A DNA stretch of 32,000 bases from contig NZ_CP019633.1 in the NCBI RefSeq assembly GCF_001997385.1, positions 1,890,001 to 1,922,000 on the forward strand, given 5' to 3'. Under the pieces are notes generated by a model. It was given only the letters and a program-made list of their open reading frames with translations, did not search any database and was not told the DNA's origin. The stretch comes from Sedimentisphaera cyanobacteriorum. GTDB taxonomy: Bacteria; Planctomycetota; Phycisphaerae; Sedimentisphaerales; Sedimentisphaeraceae. How positions within the stretch are numbered: the stretch's first letter is position 1; every line of letters begins with the position of its first letter. Shown one piece after another: positions 22,385 through 32,000 of the stretch. The position numbers were made by a program, and so were the translations under genes.

Positions 22385-24442
22385 ATGGCTGTCAACCTCA
22401 ATACTGAAATCCAGATGCTGAAGGGAGTTGGGCCGGGCAAGGCGCCTGCTCTTCAGGAATTAGGCGTGCATAACGGCGCAGACCTGCTTGAGTATTTCCC
22501 AAGAGACTGGGAATTCCTCCCGGAAACCGCACAGATTTCAGAGCTCACGCCAAACGCAAACGTGTGTGTATGCGGGGTGATTGAAAGCACCGATTACCAC
22601 AAATTCAAGCGAAAGCCTATATTCGAGATTTATCTGATAGACACAAGCGCTGCTTTGCGCATAATTTGGTTCAACGGGGGCTACCTCGCAAATCAGCTCC
22701 ATCCGGGGATGAGGCTCGCAGCTTACGGAAAGGTTGCAAAATACAAACATCAGCTTCAGATGACAAACCCCCGCTTTAAGATTCTCAGAGAAGATATCCC
22801 CGAGCACGACCCCAAGCAGCTTGGAGGGGCGGTGTATCCCGCTAGCGCATCGATTTCAAGCGGGATGCTCAAATACATTGTTCGAAAGAATATTGATGAG
22901 CTTTCTGACTGCGTAAGCGAATATTTCTCCGAATCCTTCAGAGAGGAGAAAAACCTTCTCTCCAGAAAAGAAGCTTTCAGGCAGATACATTCACCGCAGG
23001 ATGAGAAACATCTCTCAGCAGCAAAAAGAACGCTCAAGTATGAAGAGCTGTTCCTTATGCAGCTCGGGCTTGCCGTTCGCAGATACAGAATGCGGAGTTT
23101 TGCTCCGTCTATAGCGATGAAATTCTCCCCGCAGCTGGACAGAAGAATTAGGCAGCGATTCCCCTTCTTCCTAACAGAAGATCAGGACAAAGCGATTGAG
23201 GAAATCGTTCACGATATGGGCGAGCCAAAGCAGATGAACCGTCTGCTTCAGGGTGATGTGGGCTCGGGCAAAACGGTTGTGGCGGTTTATGCGGCATTAA
23301 TGGCCATAGCAAACAAGACGCAGGTGGCGATTATGGCGCCCACGGAGATACTCTCCCGCCAGCATTACCATAGCATATCCCGTTTTCTCGAGGGGAGCAA
23401 AGTTCGAACCGAGCTGGTTACAGGCAAGATGTCTGTCTCTGAGAAAAACCGGCTCACAGAGCAGATCAGCGAAGGCGAAGTGGATATTGTAATCGGTACA
23501 ACCGCCCTGATTCAAGGGGGCATAGATTTCCAAAATCTCGGGCTTGCTGTTATAGATGAGCAGCACAAATTCGGCGTAGAGCAAAGGGCAAAGCTCCGCA
23601 AGGACAAGGCCCCGCACTGCCTCGTAATGACAGCCACCCCAATCCCCCGCACTATGACAATGACTGTATTCGGCGATTTGGACGTTTCTGTTATCAAAAC
23701 CTTACCTCCCGGGAGGGGCAGGGTTACTACAAAGCTCGTTTCACCGGAGAACCGAAACAAGGCAATGGAATATATCAGAGGCCTTGTTAAGGCAGGAAGA
23801 CAGGCATTTTTTGTGTATCCGCGCATTGAATCGGGCGAGTCCGACAGGAATCTCAAGAGCGCAGAGGAAGAATTCGAACTGCTGGAAACCTGCGTTTACC
23901 CGGAATTCAGCGTGGCTCTGCTTCACGGCCAGATGCCTCAGGAGCAGAAGAAAAATGTTATGGAGCAGTTCCGCAGGGGTGAGATAAATATTCTCGTTTC
24001 CACAGTTGTGATTGAGGTGGGAGTGGATGTACCTAACGCTACGGTTATGGTAATAGAAAATGCAAACAATTTCGGCCTCGCCCAGCTCCATCAGCTAAGA
24101 GGAAGAATAGGAAGAGGGGCGAGCGATTCATTCTGCTTCCTTTTCTCCGAATCTGATAATGAAACGGCAATCAAGCGTCTTGAGGTTATGCAGAAAAGCA
24201 CCGATGGATTCTACATAGCAGAGAAAGACCTCGAAATCAGAGGCCCGGGAGAGCTTTTCAGCACAAGACAGCACGGCCTGCCAGACCTGAAGCTTGCAAA
24301 TATCGTAGAAGATTTTGAGATGCTCAGAATGGCAAAGAAAGACGCAGAACAAACGCTAAAGGAAGACCCGTTCCTCGATACTCAGGAAAATCAGAATGTA
24401 AAGAAGGCGATTATCAAAAATTCGGCACCCGCTTGGGGCTGA
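22385..24442 (+). CDS. recG: ATP-dependent DNA helicase RecG
   Basis: 685 aa. It has an N-terminal wedge/OB region and the helicase motifs GDVGSGKTVVA, DEQHKFG, TATPIPRT and QLHQLRGRIGRG. Confidence 0.93.
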   Translation: MAVNLNTEIQMLKGVGPGKAPALQELGVHNGADLLEYFPRDWEFLPETAQISELTPNANVCVCGVIESTDYHKFKRKPIFEIYLIDTSAALRIIWFNGGYLANQLHPGMRLAAYGKVAKYKHQLQMTNPRFKILREDIPEHDPKQLGGAVYPASASISSGMLKYIVRKNIDELSDCVSEYFSESFREEKNLLSRKEAFRQIHSPQDEKHLSAAKRTLKYEELFLMQLGLAVRRYRMRSFAPSIAMKFSPQLDRRIRQRFPFFLTEDQDKAIEEIVHDMGEPKQMNRLLQGDVGSGKTVVAVYAALMAIANKTQVAIMAPTEILSRQHYHSISRFLEGSKVRTELVTGKMSVSEKNRLTEQISEGEVDIVIGTTALIQGGIDFQNLGLAVIDEQHKFGVEQRAKLRKDKAPHCLVMTATPIPRTMTMTVFGDLDVSVIKTLPPGRGRVTTKLVSPENRNKAMEYIRGLVKAGRQAFFVYPRIESGESDRNLKSAEEEFELLETCVYPEFSVALLHGQMPQEQKKNVMEQFRRGEINILVSTVVIEVGVDVPNATVMVIENANNFGLAQLHQLRGRIGRGASDSFCFLFSESDNETAIKRLEVMQKSTDGFYIAEKDLEIRGPGELFSTRQHGLPDLKLANIVEDFEMLRMAKKDAEQTLKEDPFLDTQENQNVKKAIIKNSAPAWG

Positions 24443-24590
24443 CAGATATAGCTTAAGGCAGCTGAGCTCATTTGGGATTTTTTCAAGGCCAGTAAAACGC
24501 CATGATAAATGCAAAAAGCGAAGCGTTCGGGAATTAAAGCAGACAGCTGGCCGCTGTATATTTTCGGCGGTTTTTGAGGAGTTTCAAGGG

Positions 24591-24621
24591 TTGTTAATTG
24601 AAATCTGATTTTTCGTATAAT
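24591..24621 (+). promoter_or_regulatory. Candidate cimA promoter (perfect -10, weak -35)
   Basis: TATAAT lies at 24616-24621. The best -35 is TTGTTA at 24591-24596, with a long 19-nt spacer. Confidence 0.3.
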
Positions 24622-24718
24622 AACTGCAATATGGGGGTATATTCTGTTTGCTGGTTTTTGTTTTTATATTACAATAAAGCTTTAACTTGTAATAAAGTTT
24701 ACAGATAAAGAGTGCAAA

Positions 24719-26290
24719 ATGAGTAGAGTTAAAATATATGACACAACCTTAAGAGACGGTATGCAGGCTGAAGGGGTTAGTTTCTCGCTTCAGGATAAGC
24801 TGCTTATAGCAAAACGGCTCGACCAGCTCGGCGTAGATTACATCGAGGGCGGATATGCAGCGAGCAATCAGAAGGAGAAGGCCTTTTTCGAGAAGATTAG
24901 CGAAATCAAGCTTGAAAACTCTAAAATCTGTGCATTCGGCAGCACAAGACGTGCGGATGTGAAGGTAGAGGATGATGTTTCGATAAATGCGATTTTATCC
25001 AGCGGTGCCTCCGCTGCCACGATTGTCGGGAAGTGCTGGGATATGCACGTTGATCAGGTTTTGCGTTGCAGCAGGCAGGCGAATCTTGATTTATGCGCAG
25101 ATTCGGTTCGCTATCTCAAGGAAAAGGGTCTTGAGGTTCTCTTTGATGCAGAGCACTTCTTCGACGGCTACAAAAACAATCCCGAATACGCCCTTGAGGT
25201 TCTTCGAGCAGCTGCTGAGGCAGGAGCGGATGCCCTTGTTCTCTGCGAAACAAACGGAGGCTGCCTTCCCGAAGAGGTTTACGAGATCACCAAAACTGTA
25301 TGTTACGACCTTGCAGGCACTGAAATCGGGATCCATACACATAACGATTCAGACTGCGCAGTTGCGAATTCTTTGGCGGCTGTAAGGGCAGGTGCGAGGG
25401 AAGTTCAGGGAACGATCAACGGGATAGGCGAGAGAACGGGAAACGCAAACCTGTGCTCCATAATCCCGAATTTGAAGTTTAAGATGGGACATGATGTTCT
25501 CAGCGAAGAAAAGCTTTCAAAGCTCACTGAGACCTCTCTTTTCGTATTTGAAATAGCCAACATCAGCCCTGTAACCTCTCTTCCCTTTGTTGGGGAGAGC
25601 GCTTTTGCCCATAAGGCCGGTCTGCATGTAAATGCACTGCGAAAAAACAAAGCCACTTACGAGCATATCACCCCTGAGCTGGTGGGCAATTCACGAAGAT
25701 TTCTTGTTTCGGAGCTCTCGGGAATGTCTAACGTGCTTGCAAAGCTGGAAAAGCACGGCCAGAGCGTTGACAGAGAGACAGCCAAGAAAATCCTCAACAA
25801 GGTGCAAACCCTCGAGAATGAGGGGTATCAGTTTGAGGCCGCAGACGGAAGCTTTGATTTACTCATAAAGCGGATAAAGGGCGAATACACCGAGGCGTTC
25901 GAGCTGGAAAGATTCCATATCAGCGTAAGCAGAGACAGCCACGGCGATGAGCTTTGCGAGGCTACAATCAAACTCAGCGTAGGCGGGGATGATGAGCATG
26001 TGGTTAGCGAGGGAGACGGGCCTGTAAATGCAATGGACAAAGCCCTGCGAAAATCGCTTGAAAGGTTCTATCCTCAGCTCAAGGATATGCACCTGATAGA
26101 CTACAAGGTTCGTGTAGTAAATGCCAAAGCCGCTACAGCAGCGAAAGTTCGCGTTATAATCGAATCAAGAGATTTGGATTCAGTATGGGGAACTGTGGGC
26201 GTGAGCGAAAATGTAGTAAATGCCTCGTGGATAGCCCTTAAAGACAGTATTGAATACAAGTTACTGAAAGATAATGCCTTGAAGAAATAG
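24719..26290 (+). CDS. cimA: (R)-citramalate synthase (LeuA/CimA family, CimA type)
   Basis: 523 aa. MSRVKIYDTTLRDGMQAEGVSFSLQDKLLIAKRLDQLGVDYIEGGYAASNQKEKAFF...HTHNDSDCAVANSLAAV... plus a C-terminal LeuA-dimer regulatory domain. The N-terminus and the length match bacterial CimA better than LeuA. Confidence 0.8.
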   Translation: MSRVKIYDTTLRDGMQAEGVSFSLQDKLLIAKRLDQLGVDYIEGGYAASNQKEKAFFEKISEIKLENSKICAFGSTRRADVKVEDDVSINAILSSGASAATIVGKCWDMHVDQVLRCSRQANLDLCADSVRYLKEKGLEVLFDAEHFFDGYKNNPEYALEVLRAAAEAGADALVLCETNGGCLPEEVYEITKTVCYDLAGTEIGIHTHNDSDCAVANSLAAVRAGAREVQGTINGIGERTGNANLCSIIPNLKFKMGHDVLSEEKLSKLTETSLFVFEIANISPVTSLPFVGESAFAHKAGLHVNALRKNKATYEHITPELVGNSRRFLVSELSGMSNVLAKLEKHGQSVDRETAKKILNKVQTLENEGYQFEAADGSFDLLIKRIKGEYTEAFELERFHISVSRDSHGDELCEATIKLSVGGDDEHVVSEGDGPVNAMDKALRKSLERFYPQLKDMHLIDYKVRVVNAKAATAAKVRVIIESRDLDSVWGTVGVSENVVNASWIALKDSIEYKLLKDNALKK

Positions 26291-26348
26291 CTTAAAAGTG
26301 TCTGAGGAAAGCAGAAAGCCTTTTTTCAGGTATATCTTCCGGCATATT

Positions 26349-26390
26349 CAACGGAAAATCCGTTGCAAAAAATGCAAATTTTGGTAAATT
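26349..26390 (+). promoter_or_regulatory. Perfect 7-3-7 palindrome overlapping a candidate dnaN promoter
   Basis: The palindrome CAACGGA-aaa-TCCGTTG spans 26349-26365. The -35 TTGCAA (26363-26368) is followed by a 16-nt spacer and TAAATT (26385-26390). TGCAAA occurs twice, at 26364-26369 and 26373-26378. Confidence 0.35.
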
Positions 26391-26452
26391 ATAGCGCACA
26401 TTTTAGTAGAATAAGCCTTACAGTGTAAGTCCTAAAGTTTAAGAGGTTAGGT

Positions 26453-27556
26453 ATGAAGATAAGATTCAATCGTTTAGCCCTTCAAGAGGCTCTCAGCTTT
26501 GTAGCAGGAATTATTCCTGCACGCGCTGCAAAGCCGGTGCTTCAGTGCATCAAGATAAGCGCTGATGAACAGGGAGTCAGTATCAGCGGCACCGATTTGG
26601 AGATAGGTATCAGGCATATAGTAAGTCAGGCTCAGACAGACCGCCCGGGCAGCAGTGTAGTACCTGCGAGCAAGGTAAGCGCTATTGTCAGGGAAAGTAT
26701 AGATGAGGTGCTTGAATTTGAGGCTGATGAATCAGAACTGCATATAAGAGGCAGCGACAGCCATTTCAATATATACACCCACGATGTGGAGCAGTATCCC
26801 GATGCTATTGAAGACGAAGGCGACTCGGATATGGCCGTTTCGCTGTCGATTCTTCAGCAGGGCATAAGCCAGACACTCTTCGCAACGGCAAAAGAGAACA
26901 CCAAATATGCCCTTCACGGCGTGCTTTGGGAGATTTCAGAGGAATATATAAACCTCGTCGGTACAGACGGAAGGCGTCTTGCAAGGAAAATTGTAGAGCT
27001 TGATACCCCGATGCCTGAGAATCACATAGGAAAGCGGCTTATTCTTCCTGTTAAGGCTGTCTCGCTTGTTCAAAAGATTGTTACCGAGCAGAATTCTCTG
27101 ATCGGCGTTTCCTATAATGAGAAAAAAGTTACATTCAGCTGCGGCGATGTACTTATAACCTCGAATCTTGTAGAGGGCAATTTCCCCCGTTATCAGGATA
27201 TTATCCCCAAAGACAACGACAAGATGATCAAGGTAAACACCGACGCAACTCTAAGCGCTGTAAAGAGGGCTTCTCTTCTTACTACAGACGAAAGCAGGGG
27301 AATTAAGGTTTCCATCGGCGATGGAGTGATGGTGTTTTCAAGCCGAGCACCGGAGATGGGCGATGCGCAGGTTGATATGCCTGTGGATTATTCAGGCGAG
27401 CCGCTGGCGGTAGGATTCGATCCGGACTTTATACTTGATGCCCTTAAAGTGGTTAAGCAGGCGCAGATACAGATTGAACTGGGCAAGCCGGACAGGGCAG
27501 TGCTTTTCCGCTGCAGTGATACTTTTATTTATATTGTTATGCCTGTTGAGGTGTAG
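26453..27556 (+). CDS. dnaN: DNA polymerase III beta sliding clamp
   Basis: 367 aa. MKIRFNRLALQEALSFVAGIIPARAAKPVLQCIKISADEQGVSISGTDLEIGI is a typical DnaN N-terminus. The length fits the three-domain clamp. Confidence 0.92.
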   Translation: MKIRFNRLALQEALSFVAGIIPARAAKPVLQCIKISADEQGVSISGTDLEIGIRHIVSQAQTDRPGSSVVPASKVSAIVRESIDEVLEFEADESELHIRGSDSHFNIYTHDVEQYPDAIEDEGDSDMAVSLSILQQGISQTLFATAKENTKYALHGVLWEISEEYINLVGTDGRRLARKIVELDTPMPENHIGKRLILPVKAVSLVQKIVTEQNSLIGVSYNEKKVTFSCGDVLITSNLVEGNFPRYQDIIPKDNDKMIKVNTDATLSAVKRASLLTTDESRGIKVSIGDGVMVFSSRAPEMGDAQVDMPVDYSGEPLAVGFDPDFILDALKVVKQAQIQIELGKPDRAVLFRCSDTFIYIVMPVEV

Positions 27557-27567
27557 GCTGGCCGATT

Positions 27568-27912
27568 TTGAAAAACAAAGATGCACAAGAATCTGATCTG
27601 CTTTTAAGCACCTACTGGAAAAGACCCAGGCCTGTAAAGGCCGCTTCGTTGGGTCAGCTGCTTGAAGGTTTTGTTAAAAGCAAGAAGAAAACTTCTGGGA
27701 AAAGCCCCGAAGCCATTAAGGCATGGAAATCCGTTGTGCCTGAGCAGATGAGGCAGTTTTGCCGTGTGGCGGGGTTTCGAAACGGGATACTGAAAATTGA
27801 GATCAAAGACCCTGCACTTAAATTCGAGTTTCAAACGTCTAAAAATGATCTGCTCAGCTCAATGCTGAAGGAATATCCGAGAGCGAAAATTAAAGATATT
27901 AAATTTATATAG
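27568..27912 (+). CDS. DUF721-family protein (DciA-like, helicase-loader family)
   Basis: 114 aa with a TTG start, so the start is uncertain. The pattern ...AIKAWKSVVPEQMRQFCRVAGFRNGILKIEIKDPALKFEFQTSKNDLLSSM fits DUF721. It sits in the conserved position between dnaN and gyrB. Confidence 0.65.
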   Translation: MKNKDAQESDLLLSTYWKRPRPVKAASLGQLLEGFVKSKKKTSGKSPEAIKAWKSVVPEQMRQFCRVAGFRNGILKIEIKDPALKFEFQTSKNDLLSSMLKEYPRAKIKDIKFI

Positions 27913-30444
<2,532 letters not shown>

Positions 30445-30499
30445 GTTTGCGTATAGTGATTAGTTGAAAGATTGTTTAATTGAAAGTGCAGGTTTACAA

Positions 30500-31210
30500 A
30501 TGAGGATTGCAGCTTATACATTACTGATAGCTTTGGTTTCTGTTTCGCTTACCGGCTGTGCAATGTTTGACGGCTCCGATAAGGATAAGCAGGATAAGTC
30601 TCAGCAGATTAGCAAAACGCCAAAACAGCTAAGATACGAAGAGCTGAATGAAGAGATTGACCGTGATTTTGATGACGCTGAAGCTCATTACCAGCTTGCT
30701 AAGCTGTATATGACAGACCGCAGGTTTTCAAAAGCCGATTACCATCTGGAAATCGCATTGAATTTCAAACCGATGCTCAGAGAAGCCCAGGCTTCTCAGG
30801 TGAAGGTGAACCAGCTTCTCGGAAACGACAGCAAGGCTGCCCAGCTTGCCGAGATATACATAAACCAGACAAAATCAAAGGCAGAAGAAGCCCTTCTGCT
30901 CGGGCAGGGATTCCAGAATGAAGGGCTTGATGAATACGCCTTCGACTGCTACCAGAACGCCCTTGCACTCGCTCCGGATTCTGCTGTTCTCAATAAGCAG
31001 GTGGGATACTACTACCTCGACCAGGGCGACAGATCACGTGCTGAGGTTTATCTCAAAAAGAGTATTCAGTTAGACCCTTACCAGCCGGATGTGTCTAATG
31101 AACTCGGGAAGATGGGCGTTAGCGTGGAAGTTCCGAAGACAAAAAAATCAAGCGGATTCAGCCTCGACAGGCTTTTTAAGAAAAATGAGGAAAAAAGCGG
31201 CCAGAACTGA
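30500..31210 (+). CDS. TPR-repeat lipoprotein
   Basis: Trimmed to ATG 30500, giving MRIAAYTLLIALVSVSLTGC with a lipobox (LTG|C). TPR-like repeats are present (AEAHYQLAKLYMTDRRFSKADYHLEIALNFKP..., YAFDCYQNALALAPD, RAEVYLKKSIQLDP). Confidence 0.7.
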   Translation: MRIAAYTLLIALVSVSLTGCAMFDGSDKDKQDKSQQISKTPKQLRYEELNEEIDRDFDDAEAHYQLAKLYMTDRRFSKADYHLEIALNFKPMLREAQASQVKVNQLLGNDSKAAQLAEIYINQTKSKAEEALLLGQGFQNEGLDEYAFDCYQNALALAPDSAVLNKQVGYYYLDQGDRSRAEVYLKKSIQLDPYQPDVSNELGKMGVSVEVPKTKKSSGFSLDRLFKKNEEKSGQN

Positions 31211-31269
31211 TGGCTCTGGCCTGAGATTAGCCGGAAGGCGCCGGCGGAATAGTTCGTGAAGGATGTACG

Positions 31270-32000
31270 ATGACAGGTCGTGAGCTGTTAAAAATAGCTG
31301 CAGAGCTCTTAATTATAGTTCTGCTTTTTCTCGCAGCCGCCAGCTGCGTAAGTTTTGATATATATGACCCTCCCGGGGGGTATTCATACCCTCTCAACGA
31401 CCCCCCTGCAAACTGGCTTAATTTGCCCGGGGCTTATTTCTCGCATTATGCCCTGTATTATATCGGGCCGGGGATTTATGTGATTCTCGGCACTCTTATC
31501 TTTCTGCTTGCCTCGGATATGTTCGGCCGTCCGGCAGGTCAGATTCCTTTTAGAATAGCTGGTATGCTTTTGCTTTGTGCGGCTGTTTCTGCTGCAGCGG
31601 GCTGTTATTCAAAGTTCAACTTTTCCCCGGATGCATTCCCCGTAGGCCGTGCGGGCGTTTTAGGAACATTCCTGGCAGAATGGCTCGGAAGAACTATAGG
31701 CCAGCTCGGCAGGTTTGCAATTATGCTTGCTGCAACGCTTATCGGGCTCATTTTCATTGCAGACAGCCTTGTTGCTGCATTTTTCAAGGGGCTTTGGGGC
31801 TTTTTGTTCTCGTCTTCGAAAAAGCCTGCCAAAAACGGCAAAACGAAAAAGGCTGCTCGTAAACTCGCTAAGGAAGAAACGCAAACAGAGAAGGCTAAAG
31901 AAAAGAAGGCTGGATTTTTTGCCAAAATAAAAGAGAAGAAGAAAGCAAAACAGCAAGAAGCCCCCCAAGCAGCAGAGGATGAAATTCCCATCCGGCAAGA
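31270..32000 (+). CDS. ftsK: FtsK/SpoIIIE-like DNA translocase: N-terminal membrane domain and start of the linker. The 3' end is beyond the window.
   Basis: It is missing from the track because it is open at the window end. My translation from ATG 31270 is stop-free to 32000. It reads MTGRELLKIAAELLIIVLLFLAAA...YIGPGIYVILGTLIFLLASDMF...FRIAGMLLLCAAVSAAA...VGRAGVLGTFLAEWLGRTIGQLGRFAIMLAATLIGLIFI..., which gives four TM helices and the G-rich motif typical of the FtsK N-terminus. A K/E/A-rich linker follows. Confidence 0.6.
   Translation, partial: MTGRELLKIAAELLIIVLLFLAAASCVSFDIYDPPGGYSYPLNDPPANWLNLPGAYFSHYALYYIGPGIYVILGTLIFLLASDMFGRPAGQIPFRIAGMLLLCAAVSAAAGCYSKFNFSPDAFPVGRAGVLGTFLAEWLGRTIGQLGRFAIMLAATLIGLIFIADSLVAAFFKGLWGFLFSSSKKPAKNGKTKKAARKLAKEETQTEKAKEKKAGFFAKIKEKKKAKQQEAPQAAEDEIPIRQ

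Noticed and set aside
24631-24708. 25-codon mini-ORF (MGVYSVCWFLFLYYNKALTCNKVYR) just upstream of cimA, considered as a branched-chain amino-acid leader peptide or attenuator
   Set aside because: It has no run of Ile/Leu/Val codons, no convincing alternative terminator/antiterminator hairpins, and no ribosome-binding site.
31575-31998. Four track ORFs (31575..31862 +, 31715..31930 +, 31605..31991 -, 31660..31998 -)
   Set aside because: All overlap the stop-free ftsK-like frame that starts at 31270 and has convincing TM helices. Their own sequences are Cys/Arg/Phe-biased low-complexity.

Overview
This is a gene-dense chromosomal window from a Gram-negative anaerobe. The evidence for that is lptB, a TonB-dependent receptor and a full rubredoxin/desulfoferrodoxin/flavodiiron/rubrerythrin set; the phylum cannot be determined from sequence alone. 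Reading left to right:

(1) 1-5077, minus strand: an uptake-type cluster of a secreted beta-helix protein, a lipoprotein and a TonB-dependent receptor. The receptor gene runs off the window edge and is absent from the ORF track.

(2) 5401-7501: gatC and gatA. They are separated by an unusual cassette of tandem 7-nt repeats and an inverted arm around a truncated four-helix-bundle (23S rRNA IVS-protein family) ORF.

(3) 7702-8675: a zntB-like CorA-family gene split by a frameshift in a G9 homopolymer.

(4) 8859-12829, minus strand: a seven-gene oxidative-stress cluster, perR-rbr / fprA-dfx-ftn-rbr-like-rubredoxin. The 53-aa rubredoxin is too short for the ORF track.

(5) 13077-17181: secreted GH36-like and GH2 glycosidases.

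(6) 17438-19498: tRNA-Thr(CGT), followed by a translationally coupled ABC/AAA-type ATPase and a small TOPRIM-like (DUF4276/RloB-like) protein. This pair is the best candidate for an accessory, defence-like system in the window.

(7) 19623-32000: housekeeping genes lptB, a GroES-like gene, a membrane coiled-coil/BRCT-like protein, recG, cimA, dnaN, a DUF721 (DciA-like) gene, gyrB, a TPR lipoprotein and the 5' part of an ftsK-like gene (open at the window end).

Several rho-independent terminators and sigma70-like promoters are visible. No CRISPR array, transposase, integrase or rRNA was seen. All functional calls come from my own reading of the translations. No database search was run.
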